NCBI GenBank assembly: GCA_051362555.1
Contig: CM120642.1
Span: 31,186,001-31,250,000 of the forward strand
Source of the DNA: Lingula anatina
Lineage: Eukaryota > Animalia > Brachiopoda
Direction of reading: 5' to 3'
Length of the DNA stretch: 64,000 bases
In this document: positions 62,101 to 64,000 of the stretch, one piece after another
Numbering within the stretch: the first letter of the stretch is position 1
How the letters are laid out: each line of letters starts with the position of its first letter
Notes under the pieces: generated by a model
Told to the model about the DNA's origin: nothing
What the model saw: only the letters and a program-made list of their open reading frames with translations
Database searches by the model: none
Position numbers and translations under genes: made by a program

Positions 62101-63379
62101 ACTTAATTAAACTTATTATTTTATGTTGTGTTACTTTTAACCTGACTTGTATTAGGGGAAATTGGTCATTTTATCAACAGATCACATAGATTTTCATTTT
62201 ATACTTGTGTATGGCCATAAATTATTGTTCTATCTTATCATTCTGCCTGTGATGTTTTTGCTGTACTGTAATAATCAGTATGTTTTTTTTTTCCATTAGG
62301 CCACCATGCCAAGGTTTTCCATGTCAAATGGTCCCCTCTGAGAGAGGGAATTCTATGCAGCGGCTCTGATGACAGGTAACCGAATATTTAAAAAAAAATC
62401 CTATAGGTACCATCTGTCTACATAGATCAACCTATAAATATTGATTTTTAACAAGGATGATGAAGTGTATTTTTCACTACCAAGTAACTGCCCACTTTGC
62501 CCTTTAACAACATATTTTGTTCTTTGTATCTCTGCAGATAAAACAAAAAGCATAGTAATTATATACAATTGTCATATACAAATGAAAAGAAAAAAGGAAA
62601 GAGGTATTCACATTCTGACTTGCTATTTTCCAGCACTATTAGAATCTGGGACTATACCCAAGATTCCTGCATTAGTGTTTTGAGTGGTCACAAAGCACCA
62701 GTTCGTGGATTACTGTGGAACACAGAAATTCCATATCTGCTGATCTCTGGGAGCTGGGACTACTCTATATGTATCTGGGATATAAGAGATGGAGCCTGTG
62801 TAGATACCATTCTGGACCATGGAGCAGATGTATATGGTGAGAAGCATACATATAACTGCTGCCAGTTTCTTACACAACTCATGTAAAGCCCCCCCCCCCA
62901 CCCCCCACCCCCACCCCCAAAAATGTGAATTGAAACTGCACCTTCTTCAAATTTCTTGTCAAGAACTTGACATATTTATCCATCCCTCCAGTTTGTGATA
63001 AAGCACAATGTGAAACAAAAAAAAACAATGAAACAAAACTCTGTGGTCTTTCTTTACATTATACTATTTGAAACTATAAAGTGGTATTTGGTCATGTTAA
63101 GTGGCAAAAATTTCACACGTTTACTTGCTTTAATATGCTCTTTTAACAATAAACCCATAGGCATCTAAAAAATTGCATATGTAATTTTTTTCTCTCTGTG
63201 TCACAGTGGTAACATTTCTCAATTTCCAGGCTTGACATGCCATCCATCTCGTCCCTTTGTCCTTGCGTCGTGCTCGCGAGACTCCACGCTGCGCATCTGG
63301 TCACTTCTACCCCATGTCCAGCCCCTTCAAGTGACCGTCTTGGCCAAGAGACCCTGGTCTGAGGTCTTTGGGACTGTGG
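52947..63379 (+). CDS. WDR17: WD repeat-containing protein 17, 3'-partial (13 coding exons, ~677 aa in window)
   Basis: Seen: exons 52947-53069, 53538-53663, 54245-54536, 54689-54943, 56030-56316, 58799-58912, 59282-59428, 59898-59980, 61351-61437, 61908-61996, 62300-62375, 62634-62836, 63230-63379, with consistent phases. Translation includes MSTVKQVALLPAGSQPWN..CAVSGNRFAYCATLAIYIYQ, EEDPVDALEWDPLSTDYLL, GHIETIFDCKF, KVFHVKWSPLREGILCSGSDD, WNTEIPYLLISGSWDY and DHGADVYGLTCHPSRPF. Knowledge: these match recalled human WDR17 almost residue for residue. Confidence 0.95.
55162..55374 (-). mobile_element. 5'-truncated RTE-like LINE 3' end with (GAA)n/A tail
   Basis: Seen: the minus strand reads HGTMRRDMFPRPS*ADTLERNKGAADVRELAMLLFGKEVWR...taa(gaa)n then poly-A. 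Knowledge: resembles the RTE ORF C-terminus HG.R.RGRP..TY.D.L..DTG.....EL...M.DR..WR with a short tandem-repeat tail. Confidence 0.6.
57149..57462 (+). repeat. Diverged direct repeat (~105-bp block, ~205-bp spacing) in a WDR17 intron
   Basis: Seen: atttattaaata.caccttattt.tg...tgac..gtgttaatta...ccaattttcac..aatcata at ~57163 and ~57365. Confidence 0.7.
58205..58372 (+). mobile_element. Decayed Helentron-type MITE (CTTGGCGGAGG family)
   Basis: Seen: 3' end ccttggcggaggtttgcactctcagagtg (subTIR + cactc-tca-gagtg hairpin) and a decayed 5' subTIR tatctctaccaagg. Family call is from recalled layout. Confidence 0.45.
59082..59162. repeat. (GT)n(GA)n microsatellite
   Basis: Seen directly. Confidence 0.95.
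61132..61294 (+). mobile_element. Short hAT-like MITE (CAGGCCC.TAGC...GCTA.GGGCCTG)
   Basis: Seen: TIR caggcccctagc / gctatgggcctg; inverted relative at 20696-20854. No clear 8-bp TSD. Confidence 0.6.
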
Positions 63380-64000
63380 GTAGGTGCTTTAATTGACAAT
63401 CGAAAAATCTCCAAGAACTAATGTAATATTAGTATTTTTCTGTAAGTGCAAAAAACATTGGGATGCTGTAAAACTTAGGGCTATTATAGCAAGATGTTAT
63501 TTATTATTATTTTTTTAAATTTAATTTAATTAATTAATTTATTTATTTATTTTTCGAGGTAGATTTTCTACTACTTATTGAATAGAAGTATTCATTTGTC
63601 ATTTTATTTGGACAGAACCAAAATCAAAATAAATATAAGCAAAAACTATATAATGTGTGTGCTGGAGCCCAGGAAGAAGACTCCTATAAAACAAATCCAA
63701 ACCTCTAAGTGCTGATAATAATCAAAGTGTTGTCCTCACATTATTCATCAAACTACTCCATGTGCATTACAGTATTGAACACAATAGCATTGTGTGAAGA
63801 TAATTAGCATAATTTTATTACACACTGATGTTACATCTAGAAAATAGGTCAAACAGAAATATTTAGATAAACATATGTAAGGACTTTCAAGGTTTATATC
63901 GAGTCACCATGATATAGATCTTTAAGAAAAAAATATATATGAATAAATAAATAAATAAATATATAAATAAATGATGCATCTGTGTAAGTCTACTATAAAG

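Overview
AT-rich, intron-rich animal genomic DNA, most likely from an invertebrate (a lophotrochozoan is plausible, but the taxon cannot be fixed from sequence). Four spliced genes lie in tandem on the + strand, reconstructed by hand from GT-AG boundaries with consistent phases. (1) The last two coding exons of an Sfmbt-type Polycomb gene ending in a SAM domain (200-1259). (2) A complete 16-exon, 841-aa putative cell-surface receptor with an unusual architecture: signal peptide, six group-A SRCR domains, a Thr-rich stalk, a 12-Cys Ly6/uPAR three-finger-like domain and a GPI-type tail (3517-17451). (3) A complete 12-exon, 540-aa MGAT4/GnT-IV (GT54) glycosyltransferase (22722-43019). (4) The 5' part of WDR17 (52947 to past the window end). 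Introns and intergenic DNA carry many non-autonomous DNA transposons, Helentron-type elements, an RTE LINE 3' remnant and microsatellites. The SRCR-three-finger gene is the best candidate for something undescribed. It has a recently duplicated domain with clustered replacement changes, four different intron positions among six repeats, a duplicated splice acceptor that could give a soluble form, and an intronic minimal hammerhead motif. Duplicated acceptors followed by an in-frame stop also occur in WDR17 and possibly MGAT4. Most ORFs in the supplied track are spurious or run past exon boundaries. Family assignments rest on recalled motifs; no database search was run.
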